Virus record (IMG/VR): IMGVR_UViG_3300012982_000018
Coordinates: 66,423 to 98,187 of that record
Direction: 5' to 3' (one strand)
Source of the DNA: a virus
Length of the DNA: 31,765 bases
The notes under the pieces are model-generated. The model did not search any database, was not told where the DNA came from, and saw only the letters and a program-made list of their open reading frames with translations. The position numbers and the translations under genes were made by a program. Of the stretch, positions 17,985 through 26,770 are shown one piece after another (the stretch's first letter is position 1; each line of letters begins with the position of its first letter).

Positions 17985-18012
17985 ATGTTAGTACAAGTGC
18001 TAACCGCGTCAA
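17985..18012 (-). promoter_or_regulatory. putative sigma70 promoter
   Basis: TTGACG-N16-TAACAT. Confidence 0.4.
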
Positions 18013-18014
18013 GT

Positions 18015-18599
18015 CTATTCGGTAACTTTTTCTTGTACGCGAAAGCGTATTTCCCATTCGGAACTACGTGTGTCCACGATGAAGTTACTTCCGACAAAGT
18101 CGGTGAGCCATACACCGTTGCGTGCCTGGTAAAAGCGTGCACCGCCTAGTTTCATAGCGAAGGCGTTCATAGCCAGTACGATAGGCTTTCCGTGACGCGC
18201 CCCTACCTTCCTCGCCGTTTCTTCATCTGCGGATAAATGAACATGATTACGGCCCATCTTCTTTAGGCCCTCTTTTAGAATTGCAGGGAGGAATACTTCT
18301 GCTGTTCCATGAAACAGTACAGCGGGTACAAGCTCCGCCTCTTCATACCCAAGGTCTACATCTACAGAATGTCCCTGAACTGCTCTTATCTTAGATAAGT
18401 CCTCATTAAATTCGAAGCGCTTTTTGTTGTTTTCGCGTACAACAACGGCAAGTTCTTCGGTAGTTAACGAAGTTGCTCTAAGAATATCATCGACTTTAGC
18501 CCAGCCTGCAGGCTCTAGAACTATACCTACGCTCTCAGGAGCGTGCCTAAGAATTTTAGATAGCCTCTTACTTTTTTTTGTAAGATCTTTATCGTTCAT
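18015..18599 (-). CDS. kptA: RNA 2'-phosphotransferase (Tpt1/KptA)
   Basis: SKRLSKILRH, KKRF, IRAVQGHS, LFHGT, RNHVHLS, GARHG, NGVWLT. Confidence 0.95.
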   Translation of the reverse strand: MNDKDLTKKSKRLSKILRHAPESVGIVLEPAGWAKVDDILRATSLTTEELAVVVRENNKKRFEFNEDLSKIRAVQGHSVDVDLGYEEAELVPAVLFHGTAEVFLPAILKEGLKKMGRNHVHLSADEETARKVGARHGKPIVLAMNAFAMKLGGARFYQARNGVWLTDFVGSNFIVDTRSSEWEIRFRVQEKVTE

Positions 18600-19108
18600 T
18601 TCTTGACAAGCGCTTTTAGAAGCGCAGTTAGCTGATTCTCAGGCAATGCTTTCAGGCTCTGCTCCGTGTTGTCCATAATGACCCCTGTTGCGGGTTCGAA
18701 AGCCATCGTTCTCCTTGATGTATCGATGTCAAGTCGTTCCGCGATTTCAGCGAAAGTAGCATCCTTGTAGGATTTTCCTACGATGCAGTTTTTGTCCGCC
18801 ACCCGGTAGAGATTCGCGGCGTTCTCGCCAAGGCAGTAGGAAGAGGCCATGCGACGAAATTCCGCCTCTCGCAGAGTACCTATTACGGGGCCGGTGAGTT
18901 CAGGTTTCCCACTATTCGTGCGCACAAGCTTAGACCATGTTTCATCCATGGTTTCGATCGCGTACTTTGGGTCCACATACTTGAAGTACTCTTCGATGAA
19001 GATCGCTTTCGGCGAATAGTCGATCGGCGCTACTTCTTCATTTTGGACTCGCTTGGCGAGCGCCAAGAGTTCGGGATCGGTGCTAATTGTGTCGGATTTG
19101 TTAGACAT
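18596..19108 (-). CDS. hypothetical protein between rtcB and kptA
   Basis: 170-aa ORF with GAGG SD; ATGA-coupled to kptA. Confidence 0.7.
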   Translation of the reverse strand: MSNKSDTISTDPELLALAKRVQNEEVAPIDYSPKAIFIEEYFKYVDPKYAIETMDETWSKLVRTNSGKPELTGPVIGTLREAEFRRMASSYCLGENAANLYRVADKNCIVGKSYKDATFAEIAERLDIDTSRRTMAFEPATGVIMDNTEQSLKALPENQLTALLKALVKK

Positions 19109-19133
19109 ATTGTTACCTCTGGTACTCCATACA

Positions 19134-20351
19134 CTATCCCTTGACGCACACTATTTGTCGCAGTTCATGAACAACATCCACAAGACTCTTTTGCGCATTC
19201 ATGACGGCTTCGATAGGCTTGTAGGCGCGCGGTGACTCATCGATGATGTCGCGATCCTTACGGCAGACCACATCTTTCGTGTCTTCGCGATGCTGCTCTA
19301 GAGTGATTGTTCGCTTCGCCTCACCACGAGCCATAACACGTCCGGCACCGTGGGAGCAAGACTGGAAGCTCTCCGGATTTCCTTTTCCTCTCACGATGTA
19401 CGATCGTGTACCCATGGAACCGGGAATAATCCCCAATTCACCCAAGCGCGCAGAAACAGCGCCCTTGCGGGTCACATACACTTCCTCACCGAAGTGCATC
19501 TCCTTTTGTACATAGTTGTGATGACAGTTCACTGCTTCATCCGTGAGGTTGATCTTCACAGGAATTGTCTTTAGTACAGCAGTAACTACCGCATCCATCA
19601 TAAGTTCGCGATTTAGGCGCGCATAGTTCTGCGCCCAAGTTACCGCTTCCACATAGTCTTGGAAGTGCTCTGCGCCCTCTTCGAAGTATGAAAGTTCGTG
19701 ATTGGGGGCGCGCTTGTTTTGTCTAAGCATGTCTTCACGAGCCAGATTGATAAAGTACTGCCCGATTTTATTGCCAATACCCCTAGATCCTGAATGAAGC
19801 ATGAACCAAATGCGATCCTCTTCGTCATAACAGACCTCGACGAAGTGATTCCCCCCTCCGAGCGTACCCAGTTGGTTCTGGACGTTCTTTGCGGACACCT
19901 TCCCGTGCTTCTCGATGATGTCCCTAAGTCCTTGGTGCAACTCATCCTGGTAGACCGTACGGACCTTTTCCGGCAGCCGGACCCAGTTCCCTTCCTCCTT
20001 TTTTCCGCCTCCATGAGGGACTGCTTTGACAATCGCGTCGAACAGGTCCTGTCCGTTTTCGGAAATCTGATGAGAGGTCAAGGAGGTGCGGACGGCGATC
20101 ATGCCGCAGCCGAGATCAACCCCTACCGTAGAGGGTACAATAGCGCGAACTGTGGGCAGGACTGTTCCTACCGTACACCCCACTCCGAAGTGAACATCGG
20201 GCATGACCGCAATGTGCTTGAAGACGATGGGGAGCATCGATGCGTAGCGGAGCTGAACCTTAGCGGCTTCTTCTACGGATACGCCCTTTGTCCACGCCTT
20301 GATCGGAACGTGGCCTCCTTCTATCAACTCATAATCGAGTTCCTCAGACAT
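19134..20351 (-). CDS. rtcB: RtcB RNA ligase
   Basis: MPDVHFG, VGVDLGCG, GTLGGGNHF, LHSGSRG, HHN, RKGA, PGSMG, SHGAGR, DESPRAYK, VKG end. Confidence 0.97.
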   Translation of the reverse strand: MSEELDYELIEGGHVPIKAWTKGVSVEEAAKVQLRYASMLPIVFKHIAVMPDVHFGVGCTVGTVLPTVRAIVPSTVGVDLGCGMIAVRTSLTSHQISENGQDLFDAIVKAVPHGGGKKEEGNWVRLPEKVRTVYQDELHQGLRDIIEKHGKVSAKNVQNQLGTLGGGNHFVEVCYDEEDRIWFMLHSGSRGIGNKIGQYFINLAREDMLRQNKRAPNHELSYFEEGAEHFQDYVEAVTWAQNYARLNRELMMDAVVTAVLKTIPVKINLTDEAVNCHHNYVQKEMHFGEEVYVTRKGAVSARLGELGIIPGSMGTRSYIVRGKGNPESFQSCSHGAGRVMARGEAKRTITLEQHREDTKDVVCRKDRDIIDESPRAYKPIEAVMNAQKSLVDVVHELRQIVCVKG

Positions 20352-20373
20352 GTTCTTGCTCCTAAACCAATAG

Positions 20374-20407
20374 AAAAGGCCGGAAAGCTTACCGCTCCTC
20401 CGGCCTT
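20374..20407 (-). terminator. intrinsic terminator
   Basis: AAGGCCGGAG...TTCCGGCCTT followed by TT. Confidence 0.65.
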
Positions 20408-20431
20408 ATCAAGGAACGGCGAATTCGTCGT

Positions 20432-20797
20432 TCACGCCGCAGCAACGTTTGCGTCCTTTTCCTTGTCCTTCTTCGACTTGCGTCCGCGCTTTTTTCCGCC
20501 CTCCACGGGAGCTTGCTTCTCCAAGGGCAGGTCGCTCTCCCAGAGCAAAAGCCTGCTGTCCTTCTTGTCGAAGCGACTCTTGATCTTGCAGTCGATCTTT
20601 CCTTCAGCGCACTTTCGCACCGCAACAGCGATACGCTGCGCGGCAGATTTGGGGTCTTCCTCGTCAATAAGAGAAACAACCACATTCTCCCCAGGCTTCA
20701 ATTGCTGGATCGCGTGCACGATTGTATCATACTTTGAAGTGCGCGGTGAGCGCGTGATCTTCACATCCGCCGCCTTAACAGTACCTTCAAGTTTCAT
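20432..20797 (-). CDS. small basic hypothetical protein, probable DNA-binding; ends ...NVAAA
   Basis: AAGGA SD; own promoter and terminator; RTSKY...LKPGE pattern; basic tail. Confidence 0.7.
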   Translation of the reverse strand: MKLEGTVKAADVKITRSPRTSKYDTIVHAIQQLKPGENVVVSLIDEEDPKSAAQRIAVAVRKCAEGKIDCKIKSRFDKKDSRLLLWESDLPLEKQAPVEGGKKRGRKSKKDKEKDANVAAA

Positions 20798-20854
20798 GAC
20801 TGCTTCCTTTCGAACTGGTTTTCCGTTGAGACCCTAGCTGGGTTTACAACAGTC

Positions 20855-20883
20855 AAAGTAAACGCTTCAATGCCGGTTGTCAA
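20855..20883 (-). promoter_or_regulatory. sigma70 promoter
   Basis: TTGACA-N17-TACTTT in an intergenic gap. Confidence 0.7.
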
Positions 20884-20914
20884 CACTGGTCGGGGCGCAA
20901 TATCGTTTCACCGC

Positions 20915-21484
20915 CTACCCGACGTGTTCCTGGCCCTTTTCCGCCTGAACAGGCAAGTCCTCGACCTCAATTGCGGGGCTTTCGGAGAGCACCTTCATAA
21001 GCAACTTCAGCTCATCAGAAGCTTCGAAGGTAAGCGCGTAGAGAACCGGAAAGAGGTCTTTAACGTCTTCCTGCGTCAGGCGCCCGGTACTAATCAGGTA
21101 CCCCAACTTGGACGGATCAAAGACCACCTGCTTCTGGGTCGCCAGAGGCTGGTCCTTTTTCGCGATTTTCTTCTTCTTGCACAAAGCGAGGAGCTTTTCC
21201 AACTCAGGGGTCTTGGACGGACGGCACTCCCTGGTAAGAGTAGTTCCATTCACATTGACGCGCTTATGACCAGTACCTTCGACTGGGTCTCCGGCCTGCT
21301 CGGTATAGCCCTTGAGGTCCTCATTGAGCTGCTTCTTCCGGGCTGCCACGGTTTTTTCCAACCGGTCCAGGGCAACGTAGGCGTCGACCTTCTCATGAAG
21401 AGTCATCTCCTCCAATGGAAGCCGAAATGTAGGCTTCGTCACTACAGGAATGACCGTTTCGACAAGCGGGTGCTCTTTAGGCAT
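20915..21484 (-). CDS. hypothetical coiled-coil phage protein
   Basis: 189-aa ORF, AAGGAG SD. Confidence 0.7.
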   Translation of the reverse strand: MPKEHPLVETVIPVVTKPTFRLPLEEMTLHEKVDAYVALDRLEKTVAARKKQLNEDLKGYTEQAGDPVEGTGHKRVNVNGTTLTRECRPSKTPELEKLLALCKKKKIAKKDQPLATQKQVVFDPSKLGYLISTGRLTQEDVKDLFPVLYALTFEASDELKLLMKVLSESPAIEVEDLPVQAEKGQEHVG

Positions 21485-21511
21485 TGAACTAGATCTCCTT
21501 GATCTAAGACC

Positions 21512-21540
21512 ATCCTATGGCCTACCTGTTCAGGTGTCAA
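21512..21540 (-). promoter_or_regulatory. sigma70 promoter
   Basis: TTGACA-N17-TAGGAT. Confidence 0.7.
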
Positions 21541-21555
21541 GAGGCGCGTGAGAAA

Positions 21556-22140
21556 CTATTGAGGCCGCCTAAATTGTACTCTAGGTGCGAATTTCGGACA
21601 CTGGGACGCCACGGAAGAAGACCAGAAACACGGCCTTCCCGCCTGGCTTGGATTCGCGCAAGTCCCTTCACAGTTCGCCAGCGTGAAGCTCGAATAGGCC
21701 GGAGGCTGTTTTCGCAAGAAAACGCAAGCGTGCGGTGCCGTCGTAAGTCCTTCGGCTTCCTTTTCCGCCTCTGCGGACACCCTTTTCTGCTCATCGTGAT
21801 GGCGCTCATAGGCTTGCTGATTCATTGCAGCTTCGGTCAATGCGATAGCTTCCGGAGGAAGGGGAATCGTGAAAGGTGTCGCCTCTTCATTCGCAGCAGC
21901 CTCTGCTGCCTCATGCAGGGCGGTTATCGCGCCCGCATCTACTGTTCGCGCCCGCAAGTCCGCAGGAATCGCCTTCTGCACTGCAACCCTTACCCACTCA
22001 GAAACGGATACCTCGCTCTTGGAAGCAAGGAGCTTTACTAGTTCGTAGTCCTCTTGAACCAACTCGGTTGTTACTTTTTTCTTATCGGACTTATCGGATT
22101 TATTCATTTTATTTTTCAGCCAATTCCACACACTCATCAC
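21556..22140 (-). CDS. ribbon-helix-helix (CopG-like) protein with Cys-rich C-terminal domain
   Basis: KKVTTELVQEDYELVKLLASKSEVSVSEWVRVAV; five Cys in the C-terminus. Confidence 0.7.
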   Translation of the reverse strand: MMSVWNWLKNKMNKSDKSDKKKVTTELVQEDYELVKLLASKSEVSVSEWVRVAVQKAIPADLRARTVDAGAITALHEAAEAAANEEATPFTIPLPPEAIALTEAAMNQQAYERHHDEQKRVSAEAEKEAEGLTTAPHACVFLRKQPPAYSSFTLANCEGTCANPSQAGRPCFWSSSVASQCPKFAPRVQFRRPQ

Positions 22141-22150
22141 CCGCTTTATC

Positions 22151-22468
22151 TCAGGTTTCTGACTTTTTGTATTGTCTGGGCGGGCGCTTGAAATTCTTTC
22201 CAGGTTCAGCCACCATCACAATCAGCCTTTTACCTTGTAGCGCGCCTATAGAGGAAAACAAGGTGCGAATTGAGGTAATGTTTCTACCTTCTTTACCGAT
22301 GACCTTACCACGATCCTGCGGCGCAACATCGATCCACAGTGTAGTCTCCGAATCCCCCTCCTGATTGACCGTGATCTTCACAGCTTCTGGGACCTCTACC
22401 ATCGCTCGAATGATCTCTGCTAGCAGCTCTGTGTCCTCCAAAGGATCGCAGACTTCAGTGGTATTCAT
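22151..22468 (-). CDS. khpA: KH-domain RNA-binding protein KhpA-like
   Basis: IIRAMVEVPEAV...VAPQDRGKVIGKEGRNITSIRTL (GxxG loop). Confidence 0.88.
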   Translation of the reverse strand: MNTTEVCDPLEDTELLAEIIRAMVEVPEAVKITVNQEGDSETTLWIDVAPQDRGKVIGKEGRNITSIRTLFSSIGALQGKRLIVMVAEPGKNFKRPPRQYKKSET

Positions 22469-22686
22469 GTGTTTTTGGAGTCCTTAGGTAATCTTATATT
22501 AAAAAGCCAGTCCCTGTACAAGGTACAGTGGTCTATTACATGGCATTCTCTACAGGAGACAACACTCCTATACTCCTGGCACTTTAGAACTTTTCTCTCA
22601 AGTAGTAGATTCTCGTATTCAGCGCTGCCAGGAACAAAGCCCTCCGCTTTCAGCCCTTCCTCGATCTCAGATACGATTTTGGACAA
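22465..22686 (-). CDS. hypothetical Cys-rich protein
   Basis: C...SCRECH...C; ATGA overlap with khpA. Confidence 0.65.
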   Translation of the reverse strand: MSKIVSEIEEGLKAEGFVPGSAEYENLLLERKVLKCQEYRSVVSCRECHVIDHCTLYRDWLFNIRLPKDSKNT

Positions 22687-22688
22687 GG

Positions 22689-22910
22689 CTACTTCCCGGC
22701 CAACTTCTTTATCCTGGCCAATGCGTCACGCGGGTCATCTATGGCACGCCCGAAGCAGCCGCGATGCATCTGCCCCCAAATGCTTTTTTCCTCGAAAAAA
22801 CCCGATTCCGCTACCGTTCCAACGCCTATACGGACGGCTTCGGCCTCCGGGCCTATTACCTTGCCACAACCTGCACATCGAATTTTCTGATTCGCGCCTT
22901 CTGACATCAT
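22689..22910 (-). CDS. small Zn-finger-like protein
   Basis: CAGC...HRGC. Confidence 0.7.
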   Translation of the reverse strand: MMSEGANQKIRCAGCGKVIGPEAEAVRIGVGTVAESGFFEEKSIWGQMHRGCFGRAIDDPRDALARIKKLAGK

Positions 22911-22914
22911 TTAT

Positions 22915-22942
22915 ACAATAGCCCAACTGCCTAATATCGCAA
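22915..22942 (-). promoter_or_regulatory. putative promoter, leaderless transcript
   Basis: TTGCGA-N16-TATTGT; ATG 22907 is 7 nt downstream; no SD. Confidence 0.4.
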
Positions 22943-23041
22943 GATTTTATCAAACTATTGGCTATTATTCGCCTCTTAGCTCTTACTTCTATAGAAGGCA
23001 TGTACTTGACCATAAGAAAGTGTAACCCCTACCACAAATAC

Positions 23042-23070
23042 AAAAGGGCGACACTTTCGCATCGCCCTTG
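23042..23070 (-). terminator. intrinsic terminator
   Basis: AAGGGCGATGC-GAAA-GTGTCGCCCTT followed by TT. Confidence 0.75.
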
Positions 23071-23086
23071 TGGCTGAGTTTGTTAG

Positions 23087-23695
23087 CTACTCTACTAGCT
23101 TATATTCCATTATTTCCGAGTCATTGCCAGGTACAGCATTGCTTTCAAATATCTTCTTACCTTCGTTGTATCGAATTTTCGAGGCATTTTTAGCCACACA
23201 CTTGCCAGTCAGCTTATCCACGCCAGAGGTGTAAGCACTAAGCCTATACTCTTCAGGCAAGAACCTACATGCCTTGAAAGAAGCATGTAGTACATGAAGC
23301 GCGGCCCTGAAACACTTCTTCCGGTCTTTCAGATCCTCCTTCGTCCAACCTTCAGGTGTCTTTCCGCTGCCCACTCGGACTTGCATTAAACAGGCGGAGG
23401 CCCCTCCATCGCCAAAGGCATACTTGCCCAACTGATAGTCAACGTCTCGACGCAGTCCAGACTCGAAACGCATGATGCCTAACATCATGGCAAGTGTTCG
23501 GGCCCGCCCATCCGGGCCCTTAAACAGAGGCTTCTCGTCGCTATCCCAGACAACCTCCAAGAGATCCTTGGCGATACTTTGGTATCGTAGTTCCGCTTCT
23601 TCTTTCGTTTCCTTTGCCTCTGGATAAAAGGTCTGCCCGCCAGGAGCGGCCACCATGGTCATACAGGCAAGAATCCAATGAAGTATGATAGTCAT
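23087..23695 (-). CDS. lysozyme/transglycosylase-like protein with hydrophobic N-terminus (candidate endolysin)
   Basis: IMRFESG (catalytic ES), GDGGASACLMQV, later AYTSG: SLT-like motif order. Confidence 0.65.
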   Translation of the reverse strand: MTIILHWILACMTMVAAPGGQTFYPEAKETKEEAELRYQSIAKDLLEVVWDSDEKPLFKGPDGRARTLAMMLGIMRFESGLRRDVDYQLGKYAFGDGGASACLMQVRVGSGKTPEGWTKEDLKDRKKCFRAALHVLHASFKACRFLPEEYRLSAYTSGVDKLTGKCVAKNASKIRYNEGKKIFESNAVPGNDSEIMEYKLVE

Positions 23696-23707
23696 CTTGA
23701 GTTCCTC

Positions 23708-23744
23708 AAAACGAAAGGCGCCGAGAGTTTCTTCTCAGCGCCTT
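23708..23744 (-). terminator. terminator-like hairpin
   Basis: AAGGCGCTGAGA...TCTCGGCGCCTT followed by TCGTTTT. Confidence 0.6.
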
Positions 23745-23840
23745 GTTCTGGCAGCGCAGAACGTTACCAGCGTCAGTGCTGGCATCTTGTAGCACAGCCC
23801 TTCGCAGAAGAAAAGGGTCAGTGCGCTTGTGTGGGGCTGT

Positions 23841-24146
23841 TTATTGTTTGGTATCCGTACTCGGAGGCTCCGGCAATGGATTGCCGGGGGCTTCCTTCTT
23901 GAAGAGAGCTTGAAGCGTCTTGAGACCGTCTACCGGATTCACGCCCCAGTGCTTTAGCAGGTTGATGACCTTCGCAAGAAAGGTCTTTTGCTCTGCAGCG
24001 GCCACCCACTGCTCCGGGCTCTTCCACCACAAAAGCCAGTTAGCCAGGCAACTGAGCACCGCCCAGCCTGAAATTCCCAACGCAATTACGTGCGTAAGCC
24101 AATGATTGGCGAAGTTAACTAAGAAGTTAAGGACAGTGTCAAACAT
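23841..24146 (-). CDS. small membrane protein, holin-like
   Basis: AGGAG SD before ATG 24146; hydrophobic VIALGISGWAVLSCLANWLLWW; upstream of the lysozyme-like gene. Confidence 0.5.
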   Translation of the reverse strand: MFDTVLNFLVNFANHWLTHVIALGISGWAVLSCLANWLLWWKSPEQWVAAAEQKTFLAKVINLLKHWGVNPVDGLKTLQALFKKEAPGNPLPEPPSTDTKQ

Positions 24147-24227
24147 ATGTTCTCCTAGAGTCAAGTCTAGCGTATTTCTAGCACGCCTTAAATAGAATAC
24201 AAGGTGGGCTGCGGATAGCAGAACAGT

Positions 24228-24701
24228 TTACTTATTACTGTTGAGCTTCTTTAAAAGAGCATTTGTTTCTAACCGATGGCACCAAATGCATAAGGTTCTA
24301 ACGTTAGCCAACCCTGTGCCGCCCCCGCCCTCAGCAACGGCCACAATATGTGCGCAATCCCATAGAGACTTGTTTCTCCGACCATTAGGTATGTGAAGTT
24401 CTTCGCATCGCGCAGTCCAAGTATCTTTTCCGCTTCTTCTTTCTAGAAGCTCTAATTCTAACTTTAGAGCTATAGTATCCAATCCACACATACTACAAAT
24501 GCCATTATCTCTAGCCAGTACGGCTTTCCTCAGCTCGGAGGGACTGGTCCTTATTCTCCATTCTAATACACATACTTTAGAACAAAATGTCTGTTTTTTA
24601 CGCTGACACTCCGTCTTGCACCACCTACATAAGTATCGTCCGTTTGGCCCTCGTTCCAAGGGAGTGTGAGTCGCTGACGGCATCGCACGAGACGTGGACA
24701 T
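24228..24701 (-). CDS. HNH endonuclease with N-terminal Zn finger
   Basis: CRWC...FCSKVC; VLARDNGICSMC...HIVAVAEGGG...NVRTLCIWCH. Confidence 0.88.
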   Translation of the reverse strand: MSTSRAMPSATHTPLERGPNGRYLCRWCKTECQRKKQTFCSKVCVLEWRIRTSPSELRKAVLARDNGICSMCGLDTIALKLELELLERRSGKDTWTARCEELHIPNGRRNKSLWDCAHIVAVAEGGGGTGLANVRTLCIWCHRLETNALLKKLNSNK

Positions 24702-25156
24702 TACTGTTTCCCAGTGCTACCGAAACCTCCTGTTCCCCGTTCTGTATTGCCTAGATCCTCCAATTTCTGAACAATCTCCCATCGCACACGAGGTACCTCC
24801 GATATCACAAGTTGCGCTATCCTATCTCCAGGACTTATCGTATAAACACTTCCTGAAAGATTATAGATAAGTGCGCATAATTCTCCACGAAAACCCGAGT
24901 CGATAGTCCCAAAAGTGCATATCATTGCCTTGGCGGACATCCCAGATCTGGGCCGAATCTGACCCTCATAGCCCTCCGGTATAGCAAGGTGAATTCCGAC
25001 AGGAACCTTAGCTACCTTTCCGTTCCAGATCTCTATAGGCTTTTCTAAGCGAGCACATAAATCCATGCCTGCATCCCCAGGGCGCTGATAGGAAGGTAAG
25101 TGGGCCTCACCCGTAGAAGTTGTAATGCCGTAAATGGCTACCTTTACATCTTTCAT
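24701..25156 (-). CDS. dut: trimeric dUTPase
   Basis: AGMDL, RPRSG, GTIDSGFRGE, GDRIAQL, ERGTGGFGSTG. Confidence 0.96.
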   Translation of the reverse strand: MKDVKVAIYGITTSTGEAHLPSYQRPGDAGMDLCARLEKPIEIWNGKVAKVPVGIHLAIPEGYEGQIRPRSGMSAKAMICTFGTIDSGFRGELCALIYNLSGSVYTISPGDRIAQLVISEVPRVRWEIVQKLEDLGNTERGTGGFGSTGKQ

Positions 25157-25906
25157 TTTACTAAATCCGCTGCTCCAATCATTGGAAGAATCAGGTCAAG
25201 TATAGCTTGCGCATACCAACGAAATTTCTTGTTGCGCGTCAGGTTTGAGACGTTGATGAAGAAACCACAGAACCGTTTGTAGGCTGCAGGTCCAAACACA
25301 CTCGGAGTATATGTTCTGTGGAAGCAGCATCCTCGCCTGTTCACGAGCTGCGCCGGAAGCTATGAAAGCCTTGTAAGTCTCGTACTGATCGGAACAGGCT
25401 TTCTGGAAAAGCCAGACGGGATCGAAAGGCATGTCGTTATACATAACCTCGTCTACTTTACCTTCGCTCCCTTGCTTATTGGTCGTAGACTGCCGTCGAA
25501 TTACTTCAGGAATATAGAACTCTTCTGGGACTACTACGAACCTTCCGCTTGCCTCATTCCAGGAGGTATCTAAGACCTCAATGCTTCCAACGTTCTCGTT
25601 TTCTATCCACTCAGAAGCGATCTGATATTTCCACCACTGTCTGAAGATGCACAATGGGGCCTTTATTCTGAATGTAAAGTAAGTATGCCTGAATGGGGAG
25701 GTGTGCTCGTGCTCTTTTAGGAAGTTTATCAGCTTAATCTCCTTCGCATCCAAGGTGGAGGCGGCCTTCAGAAACGAAACGCGGGCAGCATTGACGATCT
25801 TGAGAAGAGGGTGAGTTACCATCCCATCGATAAGCTCGACATAGCCTTTATCTAGGACGGGAATCTTCTTGAAGTGTTCTCGTACATCGAATTCTTTTTC
25901 TGACAT
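25153..25906 (-). CDS. thyX: flavin-dependent thymidylate synthase ThyX (apparent +1 frameshift near 25223)
   Basis: NAARVS, EHTSPF, WNEASGR, AREQARMLLP, AQQEI; the expected continuation RWYAQAI... lies in the +1 frame and ends at 25153. Confidence 0.9.
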
Positions 25907-25930
25907 TCAAAGCCCTCGTTAGAGCTTCGA

Positions 25931-25959
25931 ATACTACCCGGAGCCGGAAAGTATGCCAA
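25931..25959 (-). promoter_or_regulatory. sigma70 promoter for thyX-dut-HNH
   Basis: TTGGCA-N17-TAGTAT. Confidence 0.6.
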
Positions 25960-25998
25960 AAAGAAACAAGGCCGAGCTAGTGAAAGCCCGGCCTTGTT
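25960..25998 (-). terminator. intrinsic terminator
   Basis: AACAAGGCCGGGCT...AGCTCGGCCTTGTT followed by TCTTT. Confidence 0.75.
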
Positions 25999-26029
25999 CC
26001 TAGGAGGCCAAATGCCCGAAGCGGGCAGA

Positions 26030-26305
26030 TTACGGTTTTTCGACCGCTACTTGGATTTCGCGGCGGCGCCTAATGAACTTCTCTTCCGCCTTCTTGCCTC
26101 CCGCTTCTGCGGGGACGGTGATTGGCTTGACCTTGTCTGGAAGACGATCCCTACCAACGAGTTCGGCTTGGATAAGCTTCTCGCTGACACACCAGCGCTT
26201 GCCGGCCCAGGACTTGGCGTTCTTCTCGTTCACCGCGTAAAGATACGCTTTAGTGTTGGGGGAGTCGGCGACTTGTGGGTCCACCTGGACAAAAAAACAA
26301 CGCAT
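26030..26305 (-). CDS. hypothetical protein, 91 aa
   Basis: GGAGG SD; own promoter and terminator. Confidence 0.7.
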   Translation of the reverse strand: MRCFFVQVDPQVADSPNTKAYLYAVNEKNAKSWAGKRWCVSEKLIQAELVGRDRLPDKVKPITVPAEAGGKKAEEKFIRRRREIQVAVEKP

Positions 26306-26399
26306 TTCGAACCTCCGATTGACTATAGCTCAGCTTGTTTCCGGTTACGCTCGCGTTCAGGAAACTTCAATCCGTACGAGCGCTTAGCCTGTTAGACGC

Positions 26400-26428
26400 T
26401 ACTTATCACTGGAGGTTGCAGTTGTCAA
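26400..26428 (-). promoter_or_regulatory. putative sigma70 promoter
   Basis: TTGACA-N17-TAAGTA with TG extension. Confidence 0.5.
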
Positions 26429-26494
26429 CGCAAAAGCTGTGGAAATGTGGGTACCAACCACGACAATGAATCGAAGTACGAACAGAGAATCAGG

Positions 26495-26761
26495 TCAGGT
26501 TTCAGTCTTGTCTTCGAATATTGATTGCTCCTCGATGTAGGCGAGGACCTTTTCAAATTCAGGTGATGGGGCCTCAAGATCTCGCTTCGAGGTAATTTTA
26601 TGGTTCGCTGGCAACTTCGCACACGTTCTGCACCCTGTTGCTTCTTTAGGGCTCACGTAGACGCGATCGCAGCAGAGAACCACAAATACATGCGGTTCTT
26701 GTTGCGCGAAGAACGGGTCGATCATTCGTTCGAGGGCCTCTTTTGCCTTTTCGTATGCCAT
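26495..26761 (-). CDS. hypothetical Cys-containing protein
   Basis: AGGAG SD; CC...CRTC. Confidence 0.65.
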   Translation of the reverse strand: MAYEKAKEALERMIDPFFAQQEPHVFVVLCCDRVYVSPKEATGCRTCAKLPANHKITSKRDLEAPSPEFEKVLAYIEEQSIFEDKTET

Positions 26762-26770
26762 TCGTCGCTC

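Noticed and set aside
19794-20837. 347-aa plus-strand ORF (and other plus-strand ORFs such as 20870..21487 and 10216..10764)
   Set aside because: Antisense shadows of clear minus-strand genes, with no recognisable motifs.
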